From the NCBI GenBank assembly GCA_003971905.1, contig RSEE01000133.1:1-64000 (forward strand): a stretch of 64,000 nt of DNA, in the 5' to 3' direction. Origin of the DNA: Moniliella sp. 'wahieum'. Its lineage: Eukaryota. A program made the translations under genes and the position numbers. The notes beneath the pieces are model-generated. The model was not told the DNA's origin, ran no database searches, and was given only the letters and a program-made list of their open reading frames with translations. Shown here piece by piece: positions 11,948 through 23,844 of this stretch (the stretch's first letter is position 1; each line of letters opens with the position of its first letter).

Positions 11948-12327
11948 CGGAATACGACACGACAGCGTGGGCGAGGTAACAAGAGATACAAGAGACTTTA
12001 CTTTGTTGTATATTGAGGTTGGAGCCAAAAAGCGAAAAAGCGAAAAAGCGAAAAAGCGAACAAGCGAACAAGCGATCTACGATTTGAGCATGTGAGGATA
12101 TTCACCTGACCGTGGGAAAGAAGCAAAGGCCCGCAAGGAAGGCAGGAAAAACGACGGCTGAGTTCCTCTCGCCTGCCCAGATGCATGCAGGCGTAGGCCC
12201 AGGATGGTGGCTGGCCCTAACCCCCACGCTGGGGGAGGGTCAGGAGAGAGCTATGGGCAAACCGGGTTTGAGCCAAATGGCTTGATCAGAGACGCAGAGA
12301 AGAAGCAAGAGCTACGCTGTGCACACC

Positions 12328-12424
12328 GGCGAGATAGCGAAGTGGTTAACGCGCTGTGTTCAGGATTGAGGTGTAGTCTGTACCGCAGTCCTCCGGGGCG
12401 TGGGTTCGAATCCCACTCTCGTCA
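12328..12424 (+). tRNA. tRNA-Leu(CAG) with 18-nt intron
   Basis: GGCGAGA/TCTCGTC acceptor stem, discriminator A, CTGTG-TT-CAG-G[intron]C-CGCAG anticodon arm, long variable arm, GTGGG-TTCGAAT-CCCAC, downstream T-runs. Confidence 0.93.
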
Positions 12425-13561
12425 ATCTTTTGCTCTTTTTCTGCTAGTTCTCCCCTTAACCTAACATTCTAGGCCTTTTGCCATTCTCCTGTGCGCGTCT
12501 TGCTGCCCTCCGTGCTCTCGATCAGCCACCCAGCCACACTGGAAAATGCCAGTGGCAAGGTTTGATCAGGGGCAGTACCAACAAGGCAGGATACGGGTAG
12601 CGAAACAGCCCGTTCCACTGGGAAGCTCTTCCGCACGAGAAGCGGTTTCGAGGTCAAAGGCGCAGTCCACGTCTCTTGGTCTAGTACTTAGCCGTTCTTG
12701 CGCATTTTGACACCCCAATAAGTCGCGCATGGTGTACCCCCCGGGGAAGGGTGCTGGGCCCCCACTTTCTCGCCACACGGGAGGTGGGAGTAACCTGCGT
12801 CACATGCCTATTCGAACATCCTCTGATCCCAAAAGAGCCCAAAGTAGGACTACGGTATGTCGGTGCCGCGTCGGGGGCATGAAGCGGCATCCGGTGTGTG
12901 ACCGACATTTCAGTTGGTATAGGGCCCCCCGGGGGGGGGTATAATATACAATTTGTACCGTTTAGCCATGTGGTTTAACATGCCCTTAACGAGCCTATAA
13001 TCCGGCCTCACGGGTGCATTATAGTCCTGCTAGTGGGAAGGGTCCCTGAAGCACTCTACGATCTCTGGCATGGACAACTTCTCCTGTAGTTAACACGGAG
13101 TCTCCCTTGCATTCAAGTTCTTGTGCGATCTGCGGGCCAAACCAGTTATTGGCGGGCGCAGGGATCACTTCTGCTTCTTGTTCGCACGGCACAGGCCTTT
13201 TTGTCGCTTGAGGAAGCTACCAAGTTTTCTCATACCGCTTCCCGGAATCGTCTCCCCTCCCCTTCAACCCGGCTCGTGCGGCCACCAGGCTGGTGGCTGT
13301 CTCAGTACATTGAACCAGGGCTCAAATGTCCAGCCAGGCCCACTGAACGTACTGACGAGAGAAACTGCGAAAAAGCGCCCCTGCAAGGACTATGCATCCC
13401 CCAACCTACCGTTGACGCGGCCTAGGATACTAGGATACCTGCAAGCTACGATGGGGATCGGAACATCACGTCGTGCTTCTCATTCCTTCTTCTTCTGCTC
13501 CAAACCAAGGGGATGGGGGTGGGGGGGGCATACCCCAGCCCCTGCCCGAGAGGAAGATGGC

Positions 13562-14973
13562 TTAGGTATTAGGCCGGCGATCGAAACGGCGGTTGATGCC
13601 GCCCAGGAGGGCTTTAACGATCAAGTCGTACGACAAGGCCATTCCGCTAGCTGGGGTGGTATCCACCATATCGCGTACGTGACCTTGGGAGCTTAATCGT
13701 TCATCGAGCGTCTGGAGGAATCGTGTGGCATCGGGGTCGTCGCCCACTTGGACAAAGGAGAATCCCAATTGAGATAGGGGGAAGTGATTCTGATCGAGAC
13801 GACGAGCAATGGTGAGCAAGACTTGGTCCACGTCGTCGGTAGCTGCTCCGTCAGTGAGGATGAGGTAATTGCGTTTGCGAGGCTCGACAGGTCCGTGGGG
13901 ACCTGCACCAATAGGTTGAATAGGTTGGCCAGTCGCACGAGCATGTTTAGCGCACTCGATGGCGTCAAGGTAGTCCAACATGAGTTCTTCGATCTTTGCT
14001 CCCGTCGGAGTCGCGCCATCGGGCACAACACTATCGAACAAAGCGCGGATAGCACCAGGATCCGTGCAGGCAAGCAAGCTGCGTGGGGAATTGAGGAAAT
14101 GAACATCGATCCCATCGGGATTTACGAGCGACCAAGCTAGCCAAACCAGCCAACGCTTCGCGCGCTTCGTGCCACCGACTAGGCCCGCCCGATGACCGAC
14201 TCAGTTGCATAGAACCACTGTCGTCCACAATGATGACCGTGTCAAACGCTTTCAGTAGGTCCAATGGGTCTCTGCCAAAGGCGCTGGCCCAGGACCTGAG
14301 GACATAGTTGATGGCCCCACCGCCTCATTCGTCCCACTTGTCCCACTTGTCCCACTTGACATAAGCCCGGACCTAACGCGCCCAACGCAGCTGCTCCCAC
14401 TGCTACCCCGGCCATGACTGGTGCGTACCCCCCCGCTCACCCGCCGGGTTGGCCGGGGGATAACCGCCACTAGTTGGGCCTGCGGGGGGGTACCCGCCAT
14501 TGCTCCCGTTCGGGGGAGGGTAGCCGCCACTGCTCTGGTTGGGGGGAGGATAGCTGCCGCTGCTCTGATTGGGCGGAGGGTAACCGCCACTGCTTTGACT
14601 CGGGGGGGGATAACCTCCAGTTTGGTTCGGCGGAGGGTAGCCTCCACTGCTCCCGTTCGGGGAGGGTAGCCGCCACTGCTCTGGTTCGGGGGAGGATAGC
14701 CTCCACTTTGGTTTGGCGGAGGATAGCCTCCAGTTTGGCTGGGCGGAGGATAACCTCCACTTTGACTCGGGGGAGGGTATCCACCTACTTTGACTCGGAG
14801 GAGGATAGCCTCCACTTTGGTTTGGCGGAGGGTAGGCGGCATAGGCTTGGTTGGATGGCGGGTAAGCAGGGTAGCCAGGGGCGGCGGTGCCGAAGGGCGC
14901 GGGGGGCTGGCCGGGGCGGGGCGCCGGTGGGGTTCTGCGATGCGTACGTGTACGCGTATGGTTCGAAGGCCAT
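13562..14973 (-). CDS. Fungal vWA-domain protein with Gly/Tyr/Pro-repeat N-terminus
   Basis: MIDAS-type VIIVDDSGSM, GATPTG, LILTDG, FVQVGDD, DMVDTTP, KALLGGIN. N-terminal GGYPPPNQS repeats. Frameshifted. Confidence 0.85.
14455..14845 (-). repeat. Coding 27-30 bp tandem repeat (GGYPPPNQS/SQS)
   Basis: About 12 imperfect units of ggxggxtaxcctccxccxaaccaxagx. Confidence 0.88.
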
Positions 14974-15716
14974 GGCGGAGGTGCTGCGGTGCGGGCTGGC
15001 GCTGAGGACGGAGGGAGGACGGAGGGAAGTACCAAGTGCGGGTCCTGCTCGGTCCAAGCAGGTGGTGGGGAGCCAGCTGGCCGGGCGGGCGTTGCTAAAG
15101 GGCAAACTTGACCAGGCCACACCCTACTAGTTACTATTCCTCACCCACAGCTGCGCAGCGTCGATCTTAATCTTTCAGATTTCGGATTTCAGCTTTCAGA
15201 TCGCACGCGTCACCAATGCACGATGCATGACGCACATGGAGGAATGAAAGATTCCAGTCCAGCAGCTAACGTCTAACCCTCGCTTTGCTTTTACTCTAAG
15301 CAAGCCACTACGCCCGCACTCGCCCGAGCCACACGCACGCGCGCTGCGGGTCGTCGCTAGGTGCCTGACCCATCCGAATGCGAATGCGGACGCGAGAGGG
15401 GGACTTGGTACTTAGGACTTAGGACTTGGTGGCGAGGCTCGACCCAGACCCAGAATGCGCATTGCCTACGCCCCGAGACCGAGGCAGCAAGAACGGGAGA
15501 CTGACGTCCACCGTCCCCCTCGCCAAGTGAGGACGTTGGCACAGCTACCGCCTACTGGATACTATGGGGTTCCCTGTGGCAAGCCAGCCGGGTGTCAGGG
15601 ATGCGCGGAGCGCGAAATGCAAGCACGGGCCACGTTCAATCACAGAACGAGGGGGGGGGGGGGACAGGGCAGACGAATGAAAGGGAAAGAAAAGAAATTA
15701 TGATGTCGATCATGGA

Positions 15717-16830
15717 TCATGGATCATGGGGGTAAGCCGACCCGCGCGATCTGGGATTGGACGGACCAACCGGGCCGGCGGGCTTGCCCGTGGCACGTGC
15801 GGGACCGAGGGGGAGGGGGGGAAGAGGAAGGTACATGCGAGAAAGAGAGGAAGGTGGACCTCGACGAGAGGCGAAATCAACGGCGGGAGCTAGAACCAGG
15901 TTTCTTCTCTGGCTCTTACTCTGAGCGGCCATTTGCTCGCCATAGGCATCCGCAGCTTCCCCAGCCGCATCAAAGGGGAGGAGATTCAGATCAAAGTGTT
16001 TAGCCAACAAAGGTGCTAAACTTTGATACAGTTCCTGTGGGGTCTTACCATCTTATCAATGGTGCCCGCTTGCATACCTAGTATCTCCTTCATGTGCAAC
16101 GACATATTGACGTCATTCTCCACTCTTCGCGTGTCTGACCCTCCAACTCCATTCGCCGCTGGAGCAGTTCCTCGTACGTATGTGCACCGGCGTACAGCTT
16201 GGCTTCCTCGGCCTCCGCGCGTCCAACTCCGCAAGCTCGGCCGCCAGTCTCGCCGCCTCGGCCTCGGCTTTCGTTTTCGTGGTCTTACCACTACTGGCCG
16301 AGGACGGCCCCGCTTTTGCGTTGGCATTGGATTTGGCGTTGGACTTGGCGTTGGCGTGGACTTGGCGTTCGCGTTCGCGTTCGCGCTGGCGTTAGACTTG
16401 GCGTTGGTCTTGGTCTTGGCTTGGGCCTGGGTCGCTTGCGTGGACGTATTCGCAGTACTACTTTTGCCTTTGTGGCCGTCCCAGTGCCCATCGTTTGGCT
16501 AAACTGCTTGGTCAACGCATCGACCTCAGGAGCCGGCGCTGGCGCCGGCTTCGGTGCCGGAGCAGGAGCACGAGCAGGAGCAGGCGCCGAAGCCGAACTA
16601 GAACCTCGACGCCGCTTTTGGAAGAAATTTCGCGCGCCTTGGTACGCACAGCGTCGGGGAAGCCGGTTTTAACCAAAGAGGAGTTGAAACTTGGGCGGTA
16701 CGCGGGTGGGGTGGGAGAGGGCCTAGGGGTCGATGTGGCGTGGGCTGTGGCAGGTGTAAACGAGGGGGAGCTTGTAGGCGCGCAACTGGGGAGGGACACG
16801 TGGTGCAGACACCGAGGGCAGATGCACAGG
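15717..16830 (-). CDS. Hypothetical protein (low-complexity N-terminus, helical C-terminus)
   Basis: Protein-like segments across frames (APKPAPAPAPEVDALTKQF; AEAARLAAELAELD; HTYEELLQRRMELEG; VENDVNMSLHMKEILG; LLAKHFDLNLLPFD). No family recognised; bounds uncertain. Confidence 0.4.
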
Positions 16831-17977
16831 GTGGAAGATTCAGGTGCTTGCTCAGTGGCGATACGCTCGGTGCGCACTACGGCCAGTTGGTCTCGCGTGG
16901 AAAGACGGCCATGTGGAGGTGGCGGGGGGACGGTGAGGGTGGTGAGGGTGGTGAGGGTGGTGGTGGTGGTGAGGGTGGTGGTGGGCGGGCCGAGGGCGGG
17001 TTGGGCGTGACGCGTGACGCGTGACGCGGGTGGGTGGGTGGACGAGGTAGGGTTGGAAGGTAGGGTTGGAAGGTAGTAGGTTGGATGGGGAGGACAGTGG
17101 GAGGGGGGTTCCTTTTGAAATGGGCAAGCGGGTGAGGTGTGCAATTGAAATGTGCAATGTACAATTGAAACCGGGAACGTCAAGCTCAACCTGCAAGTTG
17201 AAGGTAAAGGATGTGAGAGGGGAGGGAGTGGGATGGGCGGGTTGGGCGGTGGGCGGTGTGGGGGGACGCACTTGCTGGAGAGCGCGCGACGCGCCCATCG
17301 GAGTGCGAGGCAAGACAGGACAGGCAGGATGGACTAGGGATGGAATCAGGATGGTCGATGGGCGCAGAGAGCGCTACCACCAAAGCGCAGGCTGCGGTTG
17401 GGCAGCCGAAAAAGCTACCCGATCCGAACGGCCGTGGCGCGTGGGGGAGGTTGCGACCCCCAATCGAGATGCTCAGCCGAGTGGATGATTGGCAACTAAC
17501 ATTGTTAATCGACAAGATCACTAAGTACTAACACTATACTCCGGCCTAAGCGCCGCCTAAAACGCTAAGCGCTAAGCGCTAAACCTAAACGCTAAACAGA
17601 AACCCTGGCGCCCCCCCGCCGCCGGGGCAATGCAAACCTTAAGCGCCAGAGCGGCGCGCGGGCCAATGGCTCACACTGCCCCCTGCGGCTGTTCCTGCGT
17701 CGGAAGGTGCAGAGCTGCCCAGCGCGTGTTGGTTGCCCCACCTCCGTCACTGGCGCCGTGCGGCGCACGTGATCCCGCGCGGCACGCGTTGGGTTGCGCA
17801 CCGCAGAACATGCCAGCTTACACTTTTCCTGCCCTGCTCTTGTGCTCTTGTCCCAGTCGCTGTCGTCTGTCGTTGCCATCGCCATCGCCATCGCCATCGT
17901 CCTCGCCATCGTCCTCGCCCTCGTCCTTGGCCTCTCCTCTCCACCGCCCATCTACCCTTCCCTGCCCTTCCCTGTCC

Positions 17978-20390
17978 ATGCCCACCACGGGCCTGCCCCC
18001 TCCGCCAGCACGGGCGAGCTACCCCGTCTCGACGTGCGACCAGCCCAACTGCACCAAAGCGTATGCCGGGCCGAACGCGGTGAGCAACCTCAAGCGGCAC
18101 AAGGCCAACGTGCACCACATCCCGCTCTCGGCGCAGCCGCGGCACACGCGGTGGGACCGTAACCCCAACCGTCCCAAGGACGGCAGGAGCGTCGCCAGCG
18201 CATGCTCGAAGCGAAGCGCAAGTATGCTCGGAAAGCGCGTGCGCGTCAAAAGGCTGCCCAACAGGCCGCACTTGCATTGGCCCTTACCCTCCCTCCTTCC
18301 GCTGCCCCTCCCGATCCCACTGGACCTTCCCACTCCCATTCCCACCTGTCTCCATCTGCTAGCTGCACTGCCTCGCCCTCCGTGCCCCTGTCTCTGCCTC
18401 TGCCCTTTAACTTGCCGCAGGCACCCAGCCTACCCCAGTCCGCTGTGCGCGGCTCAGCTGGCAACAACCTACTCTTCTACACGCCCCCCGTTCCGTCGGT
18501 GGCCTTACCGTCTCCCAATCCCTTTGCCATGCGCGCACTGAGCGTGCCCATGCCCCCGTTGCTCTGCCACCCACCTCTCCGCCCCGCGCTGGTGGAGCAG
18601 TGGCGCGACCCCACGTCCCAGACGAACAACACCCTCGGCCTGGTATCCGCTTCCCTCCCAGCTTCCCTCCCTGCTTCCCTTCCTGCTTCGGTACCTGGTT
18701 CGGCGTCTGGTTGCGTGCCGTACCCCGCACCATTTATCAGCGACACGAACGGGCTGCTCTGTGGCACATCAAGTTCTTCCCCCTTGAGCGCGGGGGGAGG
18801 ATCTAGAGGATGTATTACCTGTCCCGCGCCGGTGCAGCTAGACCATACCTGGCTACTTTGCCCGGCCCCGCCTTCGCCCGATCCTGGCCCACTGCCCATG
18901 TCCGATCCCATGTCCGATCCCATGTCCCTCTCCGTCCCCGTGGAGCGTTCTGCCAACCGTACGTCTCACACGCAAACCCAAACGCCCACCCCCGCACCTA
19001 CGCCTGCACCTGTCCCTGCGCCAGGTCAAGCTGCATGTGTTGGTGCAGGTACAGCCACCGGCACAGCCACAGCCACGGGCACAACCACAGAGACAAGCAC
19101 TGAGCCGGTCGGAGGTGGAAGTGGAAGTGGGAGTGGGAGTGGGAGTGGGAGCGGACGTCCGGCTACGGGGGACAGGAACACTAAGTCAATCAACTGGTTA
19201 TCGCCACTTGGTTCACCGCATTCGGCGTTCGGTTTTGGAGGTGCAGGCGAAGGTGACTGGCCTGCGTTCCCAGGGTTCCCAGGGTGGATGTCGGAGCAGG
19301 CAGCACGGGCTGACGATTCGTGCGCTGACGAGAGTGCGCTGAGCTTAGGTGGTATGAGCGGGACGAGCGGGGCAAGTGGGACAAGTGGGATGGGGTGTAC
19401 GAGTTGGACGAGTACATCCAGCGGGGAGGCATGCGAAACGTCGTACTCGTACTCGTACCTTGGCACACAAGCACCTACACCTAAGACCACACCTTCGCTC
19501 GGAACGTTTTCGCCGGTAGAGTGTGGTGCGGCAGAGGGTGGGTTGGGCCTGCCCTCCTTTCTCTCCACAGGTCGGATGAACAGCGTGACCTGCGCCCCTA
19601 ACATGCCCATGCCTATGCCTCTTACCCCACTCACCCCCATGGCTCCTATGGCTCCTATGGCTCCTATGGCGCCTATGACCTCGCTCACGCACACGGGTCA
19701 CACCAAGCGCGCCCCAGGGCCGCAGGGCAGTCCCACCGCAGGACCCACAGGGACCACACACACGCAGGGGAGACACAGCACCTCGGTGCCCGTGGTGGAA
19801 ATTGAAGACTGGGCGTGTGGCGCGGGAGACGTGGCCCCTGCTTCTGCTTCTGCTTCTGTGCCTGCTTCTTCACCTGCGCCTGCGTCTGCGGCTGGAGTGC
19901 GTGGCGATCAGGGGACGATGCGGGAGCTAAGTTCGGCCAACCGTGGGCCTGGGCTTGGGCTTGGGGTTGGGGCTTGGGTTGGGGTTAGGGTGGGATGTGG
20001 AGGTGGAGAAGGGTGTGCCTGTCGGGGTCGAGTTGAGGGTGGGGGTGAGTGTAGCAGAGCCAAGAGGAGAAGGGGTAGGGTGTTCCCCCGTGTCTGCTGG
20101 TACGGCTCTTGCTCCTGCCGCGTCCACTTCTACGTCCACTTCTACGTCCACTTCTACGTCCACTTCTACGTCCACTTCTACGTCCACTTCTACGTCCACT
20201 TCTACGTCGACCTACGCCTGCGGGTGACCCGCGCGCGCACGTCTCGCTCCCACCTGACCCCATCCGTGGTTCAGCGCCGTGCACAGTCGCCCCTTCGGCT
20301 AGGTTTTATCGTGCCCGTGTCGTGCCGTGCCTCTGCGACCGTGCACGGCAGAGTCGATGATGGTTTCTGGACGTTATATCTGCATCAAGT
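17978..20390 (+). CDS. C2H2 zinc-finger transcription factor with adjacent basic helix and long disordered tail
   Basis: CDQPNCTKAYAGPNAVSNLKRHKANVH, then RWDRNPNRP..RMLEAKRKYARKARAR. Ser/Pro/Gly-rich tail; end uncertain (about 20227-20390). Confidence 0.72.
20120..20208. repeat. 12-bp tandem repeat (CGTCCACTTCTA)n
   Basis: About 7 perfect units. Confidence 0.93.
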
Positions 20391-20459
20391 AATCTTATTG
20401 GCGAGGGAGGGAGGAAGCAGGTGTCACTACCGGCGGTGGAGAGAAGACGTTGCCCATCA

Positions 20460-20463
<4 letters not shown>

Positions 20464-20504
<41 letters not shown>

Positions 20505-20612
20505 TCCCACTTATCTTGTCTTTGTCTTTGTCTTATCTTTGTCTTCCCCACCTTGCCCATCTTGCCCACCTTGCCCATCTTGCCCACCTTGCCCATCTTG
20601 CCCACCTTGCCC
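20464..20612. repeat. (TC)n microsatellite followed by a 9/18-bp CTTGCCCA(C/T) tandem
   Basis: (TC) run 20464-20499; CTTGCCCAY units 20550-20612. Confidence 0.9.
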
Positions 20613-21051
20613 GTTCCCCTCCCCGGTACCCCCTTTTTGATTCCCTTTTGGTTCCCTGTGGACCTCGATGGCTGCGTGGATGCATGGCCGCATGGGCGTT
20701 CTTCTTTCTCGTGTCTCGTGTCTCGTGTCTCGGTCCTCGGCCCTCGGTCCTGGGCTGGTGGTGGTCTCGTCCCGCCGCACCTGTTGTCTCCTGGTGGGTG
20801 TTGGCTTAAGAGACGCGGGGGTGGGACACTGTCCTGCCCTGGCCTGGGGTGGGGTCTCACGGTGGAGGTCTCCTACTAAGCCCACGAACCATTACTCATT
20901 ACTCATTCCTCCTTGGCTACGTACATCGTCAACGGTCCAAAAAAACCCAAGACCTCTTTCCCGACCCTTTTTCCCGCCCTGCAAGCCTCTGCCCCACACA
21001 CACGTCTCTGATCGGCGCACTGTACCACAGTCTCCATTTCAGTCTCCCCGT

Positions 21052-21105
21052 ATTCAGGATTCAGGATTCAGGATTCAGGATTCAGGATTCAGGATTCAGG
21101 ATTCA
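21052..21105. repeat. (ATTCAGG)n heptamer repeat
   Basis: About 7.5 perfect units. Confidence 0.93.
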
Positions 21106-22044
21106 TCTCTCCCCGCTTGGTGCCTACCACCCCCCTCCCCCCCTGGGGAGAATTTTTTATCTCTCTCCTTCTCGTATTTATGGTGGGTCTTGGCGGGTGG
21201 TGTGGGGTTGGGTGTGGGGTTGGGTTCGGATCTCTGATATCTGATCTCTGAGATGATCTTACTAGGTCCCTCTCTCACCCACGCTGTCATGGTGCTCCTA
21301 TCCCTCTCGCGTGGATTCCTTCTCCCTTCTTCCGTTTTCCTTCTCCCTTCTGCTTCGTGACTCTTATTTACGCTTGGCCCGGTCCTGTTCCTGTTCCTCA
21401 GGTTCCTGTTCCTGTTCCTTCTTGGCTCGTTGGCCTTCTTTCTCCTTTGGGCTCATGTGACATTTCTTCCCCCTCTCCCTCTCTCCCCTCTCCCCCTCGG
21501 CCTCGGCCTCCATACATGTCCTTCTCTCTCTCTCTGTCCTGATTCTCCCCGTGCCACTCGACCTTGTGCTCCGGTCTCCACCCGTGTTACCTGTTACCCC
21601 ACCCAAAACCTACCCTTCTTATCGAACTTCCCACTCCAATCTTCCCGTTGGATATAGACTACTACTACTACTACTGCTACTACTACTACAGCCAGGCCAG
21701 GCGCATTCCCTCGTCAGGCACAGCCAACCAGACAGGCAGGGGTGGAGGGGCAACGCTACCCCTCAACCCCGAAACAACCAAACAATACAATCTGAACACA
21801 GAGCACAAAAGAGGGGGGTATATCCATACAATATATCCATCGGACCCAGGCACGGTAGCACAGACCTAAACCCAAACAAACAAAGTACAAGCCCACAAGC
21901 CCACAGCCACGCACGCACAGCAAGGGGCAAAGCGAAGCGCGAGCGGCCAGATAGTGGAGCGCTCAGCGCAGCACATACACGGCAGAGGAGAGTGGGTGAG
22001 GCGAGACGAGGCAGGGGTGGGGGAAGAAGCTCAAGGCTATTCGC

Positions 22045-22135
22045 CCAAGGTTGTTCGTCCAAGGTTGTTCGCCCAAGGGTTGTTCGTCCAAGGTTGTTCG
22101 CCCAAGGGTTGTTAGCCCAAGGTTGTTCGTCCAAG
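22045..22135. repeat. 14-15 bp tandem (CCAAGGTTGTTCGT/C)n
   Basis: About 6 imperfect units. Confidence 0.85.
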
Positions 22136-22522
22136 GCCGAATACGGCCGCAGACGTACGTGCCAACACGGGAGACGTACGAGACGTACGGCCCACGACGC
22201 AAGGGGCGAGAAGGGATAAGCTGTGGTGGTGGGACCGGGTGGGGTGAGCGGTGGAGTGGTGGCACGGTTGAGTGGTAGAGTGGTAGAGTGGTAGAGTGGT
22301 AGAGCGGTGGCACGCAAGAGCGGTGGAGTGACGACACGGTTGAGTGGTGGAGTGGTGGAATGGTAGCCTGGTGAAGCGGTGGAATGGCAGAGGCAGAGCG
22401 GCGGCGTGTGTGCAATGGGGAAAATAGTGCAGGAAGAAGGTAGACGAGCGAGTGCGTCAGGTGGGGCGTCCGGCCCATAGGCCGAGACCTACGATCGATC
22501 GGACCTACTGCTGCAGTTGCAG

Positions 22523-23844
22523 CTAGTACTGTGGCTGCTGTTGTTCCCACTGCTGCTGTTGCTGGTGGTGGTGTGGCTGCTGCAGGTGGTACTGCTGCTG
22601 GAGCGGTTGGAGCGGGGAGAGCTTGCCCGCGTCCCTCGAAGCAGGGGAGGAGGGGAGGGTAGTGGCCCGACTGGAGGGGAAAGAGCATTCGGTCGATGTG
22701 CCCATCGACAATGCCCCTGTCGACGAAGCCCCCGTCAACGATGACGATGACGACGAGCCGCCTGGCGACATGACCGTGCTCATGGGTACCGAGGGGGAAG
22801 GCGAAGGAGAGGGGGGCAAGAGCGGGGTCAAGGTTAACCATGAAGGAGATACCCGTGCCGAAGTCGCCGTGCCACCACCAGTACCACCACCATTACTCCC
22901 ACTCCCACTCCCACTCGCACCTCCACTACCGAGTGCGGCACCTCCGGCACCGGGAGCGTATTCCCAGTGGCCAGGGGGCGAAGCAGCGAGGCTAGGAACG
23001 CACGAAGGGGAAAGGCAGGTTGCACTACTGGCCGTGCAGGCGGATAAGGTCGAAGTGGCCGAGTTGCTACGGGACGGGATGGGGCGAGGTTGCATGTGAG
23101 GCTGCAAGTGAGACTGGGAGTGGGAGTGAGACGGAGAGTGGGAGTGGGGCCCCCCCGTAAGATGGAGTTCCGCCACGGCGGCTGCGACAGGGTGGTCGGG
23201 GGACGGGTGGCGTGTGGTGGGTCGACTGGCAGAACGACTGGTGGGGCGACTGGCAGAACGACTGGTGGGGCGACTGCGGAACAGCTGGAGGGGCGACTGG
23301 TAGGCCCACTGGCGGGGCGATTGCAGTCTCGGGACTTGGGACGGGACGCGTACGGATGCGGTCGGGCGCGGAGGGTAGTGTGGTTGGAGGAGGTGCGCGC
23401 TGGGCGGCGGACGACGGCGGGGGAGGAGGTGCACTCCCAAGTGCGCGTTCCTACGGCTGGAGACGGGGGGCGAGGCGGGGAGGGTGCTGGTGCTGGTGCT
23501 GGTGGCGGTGGGAGCGCAGCGGGGGGCAAGAGGCTCCAGGGGGAAGTGTCGGTGGTGCGCTCGGGGGGCGAGGGCAAGGGTGCAGACGCAGCAGGGAACA
23601 CGTGGGCAGGGAAGGAGGAGACATCGTGGCACGGGGGAGACGGCACGGGAGGAGGAGAGCACGAGGCAGAGGCCGAGGAGGAGCAAGGCAAGGGCCGAGA
23701 GGGCCCGAGGGCGACGCTGCCCAGGCTGGAGAAGAGGGTGGAGCGGAGGTCGTGGAGCGCGTGGCCGCGGTCGCCGGCATAGACGGCCTGGAAGGAGCCC
23801 AGGAGCGCGTCGATGTCGGACGCGACGGCGGGGGCGGCGGCCAT
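22523..23844 (-). CDS. Hypothetical Pro/Ser-rich, polyQ-tailed disordered protein
   Basis: ATG in a good context (cccATGG) giving MAAAPAVASDIDALLGSFQAVYAGDRGHALHDLRSTLFSSL. Long open frames with one or more frameshifts; no family recognised. Confidence 0.5.

Noticed and set aside
12328..12424. tRNA(CAG) as evidence of CUG reassignment
   Set aside because: Discriminator A and U33 are leucine-type.
12470..13560. Possible solo LTR downstream of tRNA-Leu
   Set aside because: No TG..CA ends, target-site duplication or second copy was found in the window.
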